From Takakia lepidozioides (taxonomy: Eukaryota; Plantae; Bryophyta): a DNA stretch of 64,000 nt. The DNA lies in contig CM060732.1 of NCBI GenBank assembly GCA_030704615.1, forward strand, positions 17,422,001 through 17,486,000. Direction: 5' to 3'. Both the position numbers and the translations under genes were made by a program. Under the pieces are notes generated by a model that had not been told where the DNA came from, searched no databases, and was given only the letters and a program-made list of their open reading frames with translations. Of this stretch, positions 44,552-55,120 are shown in pieces (within the stretch, counting starts at the first letter, position 1; each line of letters starts with the position of its first letter).

Positions 44552-47500
44552 CTACCCCTGAGGAGAGAAGGACAACAAAGGGGGTTGAGAGTCACATCCA
44601 AAAAGAGATGACGGCCACAAGAAGGACTATTATGAGTGCTTTTGTTAAGCAGTTGAGAATTGCTGACCCATCATTCGGACCGCAGTTTCTTCAAGAGGTG
44701 AAAACCCATTACAACAAGCCAGGCAAGCCGGAGATGGCCCAGGAGAAGTTACACAGGTTGTCTATTGCCGTTGTGTCTTCAGAACAGAAGGTGAAGTGGC
44801 TACAGATATGGAACTCCGATCCCACTGTTAGGGATACCCACATGTTCCCCAGGCCGGAGAAAGAGAAGAAGACCCAGCGTGTCATTCCTGTCAGTGACAA
44901 TGTGCTGGACACATGGCTTCACAAGGTCACTTACTGGAGCCAGGTATGATGTCCTTTACTGTGTCACTTTCTTTTCGTTTTTTCTGTCATTCTCTTTCCA
45001 TGTTACATTGGCTGTGATTGTTTTTGGGTTCATTCTTGAATTCAAATTGTTTTGCAGTTGGAGGAAAGGGCCCGGTCGGTTCTACATACGCAGCTGGCTG
45101 ACTATGGGATCACCATGACAACACCAAAGGTCTCCTTCCAAGCATACATGAGGAAATGGAGAGCCACAATGTGGCAATCTTGTTTCTTTAGAGAGTTCAG
45201 CAAGGAGGGTGGCATCAGTCGAACAAATGAGCTTGACCAGCAAGAGAAAAGAGAGGAAGCCTGGAAACGAGGCCTTTACAGGTGCGAAATGGACTGTGCT
45301 TCTTGTATTGCAAATCCTCCATCCAACCTGTTTTGGGCTGGCTCATATGAGTTTGTGGTGCCGCACACTCATTTGTTCTATCCGTGTGTAGTACCACCAA
45401 CGTGCATACCCTGGGCCCTTCAGGCTATTTTGTGTGCGGTGGTTGCAGTGTACTGTGCCGCATACTCTTTTAGGGGGTCTTCGTGATGTGGTGGAAAAGC
45501 TGGGAGACAATAATTGCATTGCATAATGAGGCTGTCTCTGTTCCTGCAGGTACATAAAGTATGTTCTCATGGCAGAGAACTGCTTGGACAAACATCCTGA
45601 TTTCGTGGACCTTTGGCTTGTCCCTGCTGGCAACCAGACCATGTTTACAACGGGGATCTTGCATGACTGGGGCCCTGACCATCTTTCGGCTTGTGGTTGG
45701 TATTTGGATTGCCCTGTTTCTGAGACCCCAGCTCAGGAGGTGTCTTTGAGGAGAGAGAATGAGCGTATAGCAGCCACCGCCGCAGCAGCCGACCTCGACA
45801 TTCATGATAGAAATTTGAGGACTCTTGCAGAGAAGGAGCCTCCCGCTCAGGATACCCCGGGTAGAGGTAGAAAGGCAAAGGGAAAGGATGTTGCTGGTGG
45901 TGTGGGGAAAGGAAGGGGTAGGGGGCACAAGGGCAGGTAGGTGGGCAGGGAAGTGTTGCAGATACTGGCCCTGTGGTGGATGTCCTGCAGACTCCACCGC
46001 ATGGTAGGGGATCCGGGAGAAAGAACAAGGGGGTGGTTGATCCCAAGGACCCGTACCATGCAGTGGAGCATCCCACGAGGGTCATTCGTCCTACCAGGTT
46101 GGAGATGGCCAATGTCGGGTTCCTTGCCATGATGGAGTCCAAGAAATCTGATTACAAGGGCGAGCCATCACCAATGTGGGAGAGGATTGTGGAGTTCCTC
46201 GGCACGGTGCGTGTTGTCTTTTGCTTCCTGTCTGTTGTGGGCATGGATCGTTTCAATCCTCTTGAGCATTCCATTGCATGCTTGTTTGCAGGCTAACCAA
46301 ATCCTGGGTGAACGGGAAGGAGAAGCCATATGCAGCCGAACTCATCATCTTGGACATCCCTGATGGGTTGCCAGTCCCGGATGTCCCTCCATCGGGTGCT
46401 TGTCCAGGTTGGAATGCTTTTGATGAGCGCTACTGGCGGTGGGTTTTCTCCTTTTGCAATTTCTTTCTGTCCGATGCAGGTGTTTTGGTGCTCATCCAGT
46501 CCATCGACCTTTGCTATCGCCGTGCACTTGCCAGCTATTTGAAAGCCTCCGGTATGAGGGTCCTGAAGACATGGAATTGTGTGAACAGCATGTACCTGAC
46601 GAAGGGGGATCGTCCGGGAGAGATGGTAAATCGGCTTTCTTATTCCTCTTCTTGGTGGTTCTCGGGTGGAGTTGCATAAGTCGCTCAAATGAATATGTAG
46701 GGGCCTGGTTTTCAAGCTTCTTAGTTCCTTGTGGATGTCTTGTTCGCAGACTCGTTTGTTTGAATTGTTTGTCTCGTCCGAGTGCATCCACCTACGACTC
46801 CAACCGTCATTAGGGAGTTCGCCATCACTCATGGGGGCAAGTCGAGAGGACAGATCCTCCCACGGATGACATGCACCACAACTACGTGGACAACAAAGTG
46901 TGCTTGCGAAGGGGGAATGGGGTTCCTTGGAGAGGGGCCAGGGAGAGGAGCCTGGCTTTCATTCAAACGATTGTGGAGTGCTGCACCTACACAGGTGCCA
47001 GAGTTCTGGATTTGTCAATGGGCACAAATTCGTCTCTTCAACATTCACATTTCATGAGGTTTGTTTGAGCTTGCACTTTCAGCACTTCCCACTGCTCCAA
47101 ATGTGTCTTCAATGTCTGTTTCTTTCATTCTATTCCACTGCAGGTGCTTCATACCACGCTTGCAAGGCCAGTGTGCGACATCTCTTTGGGATTGAAGGGG
47201 ATGCTGAGAATTTCAAGAACCTCCTGATGGGTTTGGGTGGACACACTTCTCAAGTCATTCCGAAGCCCCTTCCCGGTGATCTTGATACAGGGGAGACTTC
47301 CGACAAGGAGCTGGATGACGACTTTGCCTGTGAGTAAGTTCAACCTGTGGATGCTTGCATTGTTGTTTCAATACCCAGAATCACTGTTCTTAAGGCAAAG
47401 TGCACATGGGAGACATCCTCTTCGTTGGACTTGTGCATTGCATCATTATGTTCAAAATGGGTTTTTGTCCACTTGTGCAGGAGTCCGCGTGCTTCCTCTG

Positions 47501-47560
47501 ACCCTCCAGGGCTATCACACCTTTTTTGACTTCTTTCAAGTCCTCCTCAGTCTTACGTGC
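44552..47560 (+). pseudogene. Second, diverged MTase-gene copy (subfamily C), lacking the N-terminal ParB part
   Basis: IADPSFGPQFLQEVKTHY..EKLHRLS aligns with copy A IADPALGKDFIPEIAKHY..EKLHHLS. Also AELIILDIPDGLP and WRGARERSLAFIQTIVECCTYTGARVLDLSMGT|GASYHACKASVRHLFGIEGD. Shares several intron positions with copy A; donor near 47028 is mutated; the 3' end is approximate. Confidence 0.85.
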
Positions 47561-48334
47561 TACTTGTCTATGCGGAGGCACTCGCAGCAAGCATGTCCAT
47601 TCGTGGCACTTGTAGTCCAACCATCGACGGCCGTGGTATAAGACGTGGTGTTGGGGGCGGAATCTTTGTGGATGACATAGCATAGGAGGTTGATACTGAT
47701 TCTGATGACTGTGACACTTGATATGAAGTTTTCTTTTGCTTTCAATCGGGGCCAATTTTGAAATGGGATGGTTGTGTGTCCTTGTTGTCCTGTTTGCAAT
47801 GTGTGCGTGGGATGCAAATTCATGGGAACAAACTATCGTTGGAGATGGGGGTTGCATGGACAGCCCGGATTGTTCCTTCAATCTATTTAGTGTTTTGCGG
47901 AGCTCACAGGCTTGTGTGCATTGCAAAAACAAACAAACGTCTTTGGTTTGGGTACCTAGAGCATTCTCGCATCATTTGCTCGTTGGTCTCCAAACCATTC
48001 ATGCTAGAAGAATGCTCGGTAAATCCATCATGATAAAGTCCACGTGATCAAAGAGCGTTGTCGAGCGGCTTTTACTCACCCATCCCTTCGCTATCCGAGG
48101 AGGGAACTCCAAAATAGAAAAGTTGGATATCTCTAAGCACTCAGCCCGCTCAGAACAATCAGTCATGACCTACATCTGGTGTATCATGGTAGTGCTTCTT
48201 GTTTGTATTCCTTCTTGCCTTCATATCAACATATTACCGCTTTTACTGGGGGCTGCTATTTCATGAGCGGCATGAGCATGAGTGGAAAAAAAAAAACCAT
48301 GAGCGGGCCATTGTGTGTCCACGGAAATAGGGTT

Positions 48335-49825
48335 AGAAATTCGGCGCTCCGAGTTACCTGCAGGATGGAAATTCGGCGTCGAATTTCCATCCGTTAGGTA
48401 AGTCGGAGCGCGGATGGATGGAAATCCGGCGCCGAATTTCCATCCTGCAGGTAACTCGGAGCGCCGAATTTCCATCACGCAGACAATTCGGAGAGCGGAT
48501 GGATGGAAATCCAGCGCCGAATTTCCATCATGCAGGTAATTCGGAGCGCGGATGGATGGAAATCCGGCGCCGAATTTCCATCCTGCAGGTAACTCGGAGC
48601 GCCGAATTTCCATCATGTAGGCAATTCGGAGAGCGGATGGATGGAAATCCGGCGCCGAATTTCCATCTGCCAGGTAAGTCGGAGCGCTGAATTTCCGTCA
48701 TGCAGGTAATTCGGAGAGCGGATGGATGGAAATCCGGCGCCGAATTTCCATCCTGCAGGTAACTCGGAGCGCGGATGGATGGAAATCCGGCGCTGAAGTT
48801 CTGTCCACCAGGTAAGTCGAAGCGCCGAATTTCCATCCTGCAGGTAATTCGGAGCGCAGATGGATGGAAATCCGGCGCCGAATTTCCGTCATGCAGGTAA
48901 TTCGGAGCGCGGCCGGATGGAAATTCGGCGCCGAATTACCATCCTGCAGGTAATTCTGAGTGTGGCCGCTTGGTTTTTTGGTCTAAAAAGACACTAAACC
49001 TTTAGTTTTGTGGCTGAAGTCCACTTTTAGACACGTTTTTCAGGGAATTCTCGACTGCTAGAGAGAAATTCCTTGCTTCTTTTCCATCCCGCTTAGTTCT
49101 TATATGGAAATTCGTTGCCGAAATTCCATCTGGCCGCGATTGCAATTACATGCCGAATGGAAATTCGGCGCCGGTTTTCCATCCCCTCCGCCCGAGTCGG
49201 CTTTATCCCGGCGCCCCCTGTTGGATATTCGGTGCCGAATTTCCGTCCGGGGGTTGTAATGTGACGGCCAGGTGCTAGCCTCTCCCCCCGAGCCGACTGC
49301 ATCCGAACGGCCCCGGATGGAAATTCGGCACCGTTTTTCCATCCAGGGAGGTTTTTATGTCGGCCAGTTTTCGGCCTGATCCCCCGACACGACTTCCTTT
49401 AGGGGGGCCCGGATGGAAATTCGGCGCCGAATTTCCATCTGGGGGATGTTCTCTGTCGGACAAGTGCCGGCCTCTCCGCCCGAGGCGACTTCATCCGGGC
49501 GGCCCCTGTTGGATATTCGGTGCCGAATTCCCGTCCGGGGGTTGTAATGTGACGGCCAGGTGCCAGCCTCTCCCCCCGAGCCGACTGCATCCGAACGGCC
49601 TCGGATGGAAATTCGGCGCCGTTTTTCCATCCGGGGAGGTTTTTATGTCGGCCAGTTTTCGGCCTGACCCCCTGACACGACTTCCTTTGGGGGGGCCCGG
49701 ATGGAAATTCGGTGCTGAATTTCCATCCGGGGGATGTTCTCTATCGGACAGGTGCCGGCCTCTCCGCCCGAGTTGACTTCATCCGGGCGGCCCCTGTTGG
49801 ATATTCGGTGCCGAATTTCCATCCG
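48335..49825. repeat. Subfamily-B palindrome arrays GGAAAT(T/C)CGGCGCCGAATTTCC
   Basis: Starts at 48367, 48420, 48505, 48558, 48643, 48728, 48781, 48866, 48919 (53/85-bp steps); then 49106, 49159, 49223 and every 96 bp to 49799. Confidence 0.93.
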
Positions 49826-50126
49826 GGGGTTGTAATGTGACGGCCCGGTGCCGGCTTCTCCCCTTCAACCGACATCATCCGGGCGGCCCCCCACTTTCTG
49901 ACTGCATACCGTTGGCAGTTATTGCGCAAAGACCAGGGGCCGCATTCCGGAGAAAATGTTCATTAACACTCTGACTGTGGATTTTTGAGATAGTTGGATC
50001 CCTGGATTTGGATCAGGCTTCGTCGCTCGGACAAATCGGCACCGCATTCCTTCCCATCGGTGCATCCCCCTTCTACTAGGGAGCTTGCCCGCACGCCATC
50101 CTGGCAGTCTTATGTGCACATCTCCC

Positions 50127-53100
50127 ATGGCGGAAAACCCGAGCGCTACAGTGTACTGCCCTCCTCACGAGCATAGAGCTTCATTTCCTTGCAGAGGGGG
50201 CATCTGCAGTGTGATGGAGAAATATCTGTGCGTTCGATACCACCTGAAACCGGGGTCGGTTTTTTTGGAGGAGGAAAGGAAGGACTCAAACGGCGTTGTT
50301 GTCGAGAGTATTGTTGTGCTCCACGATGATTTCGGCGATGGCAGAGAATGGCGAGTTCCACCATCGGACAGCGTCATATACAGGGCTGTTGGGGACTTCA
50401 CTTGCCCGCCAAATGCACCTTCTATCTTGGCGCCTTCCACAAAACAATCCGCGAATCAGAGAGTGGGTACCTCAAAAAGAGAAGTCCGCAACGAAGTAAA
50501 TCCAGAGCCGAACCCATCAATGAAGACGAGCGAGAACCGGGTTGTTCACAACCTGTCCGACTCCGATGAGGTCATGGAAGTTCCGAGATCGTCCTGGAGA
50601 TTAGGCAAGTCCTCAATGGACGTCAGTGGACGAGGGAGTCATATTCCCAGCACGAGCACCGCAGTTCGATCTATTCTTGAAATTCTGCGAGGGCTTCACA
50701 TGGAGGGACACCGCTCGGAGCTGGCCGGGCTGGATTATAGCAAGTTTGCAATTAAATCGGTTACATGCCTTCCCGCAGACGTCGACGGTAATATCTTCTT
50801 TGAGTTCCCTCCTCGGACGGACTACTCGAGGGCGTCCGGAATGTTGACAGATATGGATAGAAAACATGACGGTCATCCTTGGTGCGTCACCAAAACCACT
50901 AGCATGAAGATGCTCGATGGTGTGTGGGTGCGCTATGTTGTTTGTGCGGGCGCGTTGCGGTGTTTCTCCCCAACTTGCTTCCACTTTAAATCCAGAGGTC
51001 ACAGGAACGAGACCGATTGGACAGGCACAGCTCATCAACCATTTCGAGCTCAGGAGAAGGTTCCGAACTCCACATTTAAGTGTGCGCATTGCAAAGAACC
51101 ACCACACTGCATGTCTGTTTGTAATGCCAAGCAGTTCTATGTGTTGCACCGTTTCCCTGACCTCACCCGAGCTTGCATACACGTTGGTTCCCATTGTCAC
51201 AAATTGGCGAGGGGGAACTCGCGGGAGGCTGCCCACAAGGCAAAGCAGCTCGTTCAGGAGGAGGTTAAGTTGAGACCGGGTGCCAAACCCAAACAGATAC
51301 AGCTCCAAGCCGCCCATAAGATGGCATTGGCCAGAATTATGTCGGAAGACGGCTCCGATAGAGTTCCTCTCGATGAGAAGGAAATGGAGGCATTGCTCGA
51401 GTCGGTATCCCACGTCTGTTCACCGAATGTCCAAAACCACATTGTCTCATGCAAATAGAAAATTGGGCGTGGCTCGGATATGCACTCCATTCTGGAGGTG
51501 AAGCGACGATGTGGATATGACTACATTCATGGAAGTAGGTTTCCAGGACAAGGGACTGAGGCAGATCGTTGTTTCATATTCAAAATGTCCACGTGTGGAC
51601 CTGGCAGCGGCGTCGAACTGGTCGACAGGATGACAAGTGGGGACTTGTCAAACAGTTGGGTCATGTTCGACCATATCAAGCGAATTACAAATCACCAGTG
51701 GGTGACAATGGGTACACATGTCTACGACACCCACTGCAGGATGCTAACGACAATTGCTATTTGTGAGATGAAAGGAGAGGACACACAATCGGAGATGCTT
51801 CTTTGGCAGGGAATAAACGAACAGATGGCCAAGGCGGGATTGCCCCCTCCCAATTTCCGTGGTTTCATGGCGGACAACGCACAAGCAAATTGGGCTGTCA
51901 TCCGAAGGGTGTACGGGCAAGACCCCAATGTTCCCATGGAAGGCAAGGAGAGATCTTGTGGGTTCCATTTTCTGCAGAGCCTTTCGCAGTACACAACCAG
52001 GCTCGTGGCGCCAGATTTCAGAGAGGAGCACCGTTCCATGTGTCTTGCGTGGAAGCGCGCTCCCACCTTGGATGATGCAGAGACACAGTTTGCATGTATA
52101 CGGGCTTGGTGGACATCGTCAGGTGCTGTAAGGAAATCAGACGAGGGAACAATGGTCAGTTGGCTAGCATGGTGGTATTATCGTTTCCTCCAGTTCGGCG
52201 ACTATATGCGGGAGGTGAGTTGCACGAATTCGCGTCCCGTTGAATATTATTCTTGGCATTATTTGTAACTTGCTTGTAACCTCAACATGTGCTTGTGCAG
52301 GAAATGTGTCTCGACTCCGATACCGACATGCCCACAACAAACATGGCCGAATCAGTGCATTCTTCCTGGCGTGCCTCCTCTGCGGCGCATCTGGTGGACA
52401 TCCTCACTGCCACAACGGAGGACATTGTGAGGTCAATTATGCAGCAAAGCAAGTACAACGAGTTCTTGAAAGGGAAACAGTGGGGCTTGGGGCCGGATAG
52501 GCAGGAAATGCTGATGCAGACTCCCTCCAGATCGGAGAATCCTCGGAAGTGGGCGGCGGCCTTACGAGAGGGCCTTCGGGACACGCCATTGCTTCGAAGA
52601 GGCCAACATTTGGAAGGAGATGTTCATACCCGTCCAGTGAGACGAAGACTTGATGAGGCACCTGGGCAAGGAAGAGGATTCATGGCGAGCTGACAAGAAT
52701 ATTCGCACGCTTCTTCATGGTCCTGTGATGTTGTCCGAGGAGGTCTCGTCGAGCACCGCAAGTCCTGCACGTTCAAGATCGCCATCTCCTTTTAGCACAG
52801 GGCACGTGCCCGGGCAACATAACGAGCCATCTGTAGTAAAGCAGTACAACATTCCCATTGTGGAGACAAGAGTGTCGGAGTCACAGTGGAGAATTGCAAG
52901 GACATTGCCGGCATTTCGAGGGAAGTGCTGCGCCATCCGGGTGGATACGAGAGCACGCTGTGGTGAGATGATTCGGAGGAACCCACACGGTGCTGTACCT
53001 GCACCTTGTTTCAGCGGCAGATTTTTGACTCCCACATTTGCTCACGCAGACGTTTTGGTTCTGTAGGCACGACATAATGACCTGTGTATTTGGCAAGCCC

Positions 53101-53667
53101 AAGTACGGGATTCAGGGAATGCCGGAGCCTTCGGGCGTCTGGCCTGTTGCACCGGGTTGCAGCCTCTCTCAGAATGAGGCGGATGCTCTATCTGCAACAG
53201 GATTTCGAATGGTGCAACGCACAGACGTCCCGACCCACGCATTTCCAGTTCATCATACCCAGCCATTGCAGACTGCTCGGTCCTGTAGAGACGGATTGGA
53301 CAATTCTGCACATCCCACAATGCGATTCGGAAGAGTGAAGAGACGACACCCTCCCAACAAGTTGAATGAGACTCGGATTGCCAATGCTCTTGGGATGGCT
53401 TGCACTATTCAGAGCTCCGTCGACGTACCTCCACCCGGCCTTGGGCGTGTTTATTGGATGGCAACGGCCGGCTCGGCTGTACGCGACGATGTATACACAA
53501 TTACGATTGGAGTGGAGCCGACTTGCAATTGTACGGACTTCTCGTTGATGGAAGCAAAGAAGGGTTCAAAGTATTATCCGTGCAAGCATCTGTATTACAT
53601 TTACCTGAAGAGGTTGAGGATGAACGTGACTATTGATGACTTTATTCATGCACAAACTCCTCCTTAG
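50127..53667 (+). pseudogene. MULE-type transposase with GCM-like, DDE and SWIM domains (copy B)
   Basis: KHDGHPWC..CAGALRC....C..CAHC......C..HVGSHCH; WVMFDH, FMADNAQA, SCGFHF, TTNMAESVH; SWIM PTCNCTDF..YPCKHLYYI. TAG at 51456 (Gln in copy A); intron 52215-52300; frameshifts near 52670 and 53045. Confidence 0.92.
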
Positions 53668-53843
53668 GGATTCCAGAAATCATTGATGGGGCAAAGGGAA
53701 TCCTCCATATGGATATTTTCAATTGCATTTTCATGTATCAGACTTTTTTTTGCAGTGTAATGAAATGCACCCCAAAACTCCTGGAATGAGGCAATATTCC
53801 ATTCAAACTGAGATCCAACAGAAGCAGTTGTGGGGCCATTTCT

Positions 53844-54240
53844 GGAAAAATGACGCCGAATTTCTCTATTTTGGGCCGAAAACTGGCTAAGTCCCAACAT
53901 GCACTGGTACCCCTGTGTCTGGAAAAATGGCGCCGAATTTCCCTATTTTGGGCCGAAAACTGGCTAAGTCCGAACATGCACGGGAACGATGTCTGGAAAA
54001 ATGGCGCCGAATTTCCAGTTACATGGCCCAGAATTGCCCAACATCTGTGCAATCCCCGGCACCATGTACCGAAATTCGGCGCCACATTTCCAAATTTTGG
54101 GCTTACACACCTGTCATGAGGGGACCTATAGCCGCGGAATTCGGCACCATTTTTCGCCAGAGAGACCTATTACCGCGAAATACATCGCGGTTTTTTCCGG
54201 TTACGGACCTTATTACCGCGAAATTCGGCGCCATTTTTGC
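53844..54240. repeat. Right subterminal repeats of element B (AAAATGGCGCCGAATTTC and its inverse)
   Basis: About 7 partial B-type palindromes in both orientations. Confidence 0.8.
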
Positions 54241-54709
54241 ACATGTCACTGGGAATTGGCATGAGCGGAAGACGAAATATCATGAGCACAACTCTCAAAA
54301 CTACAATTTTCCCTTCAAGGTGCCGAATAATATATTTGTTTTTTCTGACACATTGCATTAAATTAATGTTTTATAATGTTTTCTATTTTCGAAATTTGTA
54401 CTTCTGCTCATGAAAACCGATTGTCTTGCTACTCCGCTCATGCCGCTCATGCTCATGAAATAGCTAACCTCCTTTTACTCACCCATCCCTTCGCTATCCG
54501 AGGAGGGAACTCCAAAATAGAAGAGTTGGATATCTCTAAGCACTCAGCCCGCTCAGAACAATCAGTCATGACCTACATCTGGTGTATCATGGTAGTGCTT
54601 TTTGTTTGTATTCCTTCTTGCCTTCATATCAGCATATTACCTTACTGTTTATATTTGAAAAACAGTTTACTTCAGCAATCTACCAGGTTCCGATTGCTCA
54701 ACCATTCAT

Positions 54710-55120
54710 AGAGGAAAGGGAGAGTGCAATTGCCCGTTGTGTGGGCAATCTGAAGACAGTACTCATTTTCTGATACACTGTCCGGGGTTCTCTCACCAAA
54801 GAGACGCTCTCTTCAAATCTATCAAGGGAATTGTGCCTGTACCTCTGTTACCAACTTTGAAAGTCTCGAGGCTGAGCCAAAAGCCCAGGCCCTCCTGAGG
54901 CCTAGTTATTGGGCAAATCACACACAGCAGATTGATGCTTGTGTGAAGGGATTTCTAGAGGATATCTGGAAATCCCGGATTAATTCTATATATGAAGGTA
55001 AGTCTTACTACCAACGTCAGCCCCTGACAGAGGTAGGTTCTGTCCCTTTTGTTTCCGCTCAAACTGGGCGCGGGGTCAATGGCCACAAGGCTACGGCAAA
55101 CGTCGTCTTATGAGTACAAT
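54710..55120 (+). mobile_element. Another 5'-truncated 3' end of the same LINE family found in the RKP intron
   Basis: Near-identical to 4448-4857; ends TTATGAGTACAA followed by (TC)n. Confidence 0.9.

Larger units (their letters stand above)
48248..54471 (+). mobile_element. MULE-like element B, both ends intact (6224 bp), transposase only
   Basis: 8-bp TSD CTTTTACT at 48240-48247 and 54472-54479. Left end GGGGGCTGCTATTTCATGAGC; right end (reverse complement) GAGGTTAGCTATTTCATGAGC. CATGAGC subrepeats at both ends. Confidence 0.92.

Noticed and set aside
48069-54641. ~170-bp flanking direct repeats as LTRs or as the TSD of element B
   Set aside because: They are gypsy-ORF-derived sequence, the enclosed element has no RT, and a proper 8-bp TSD abuts the TIRs.
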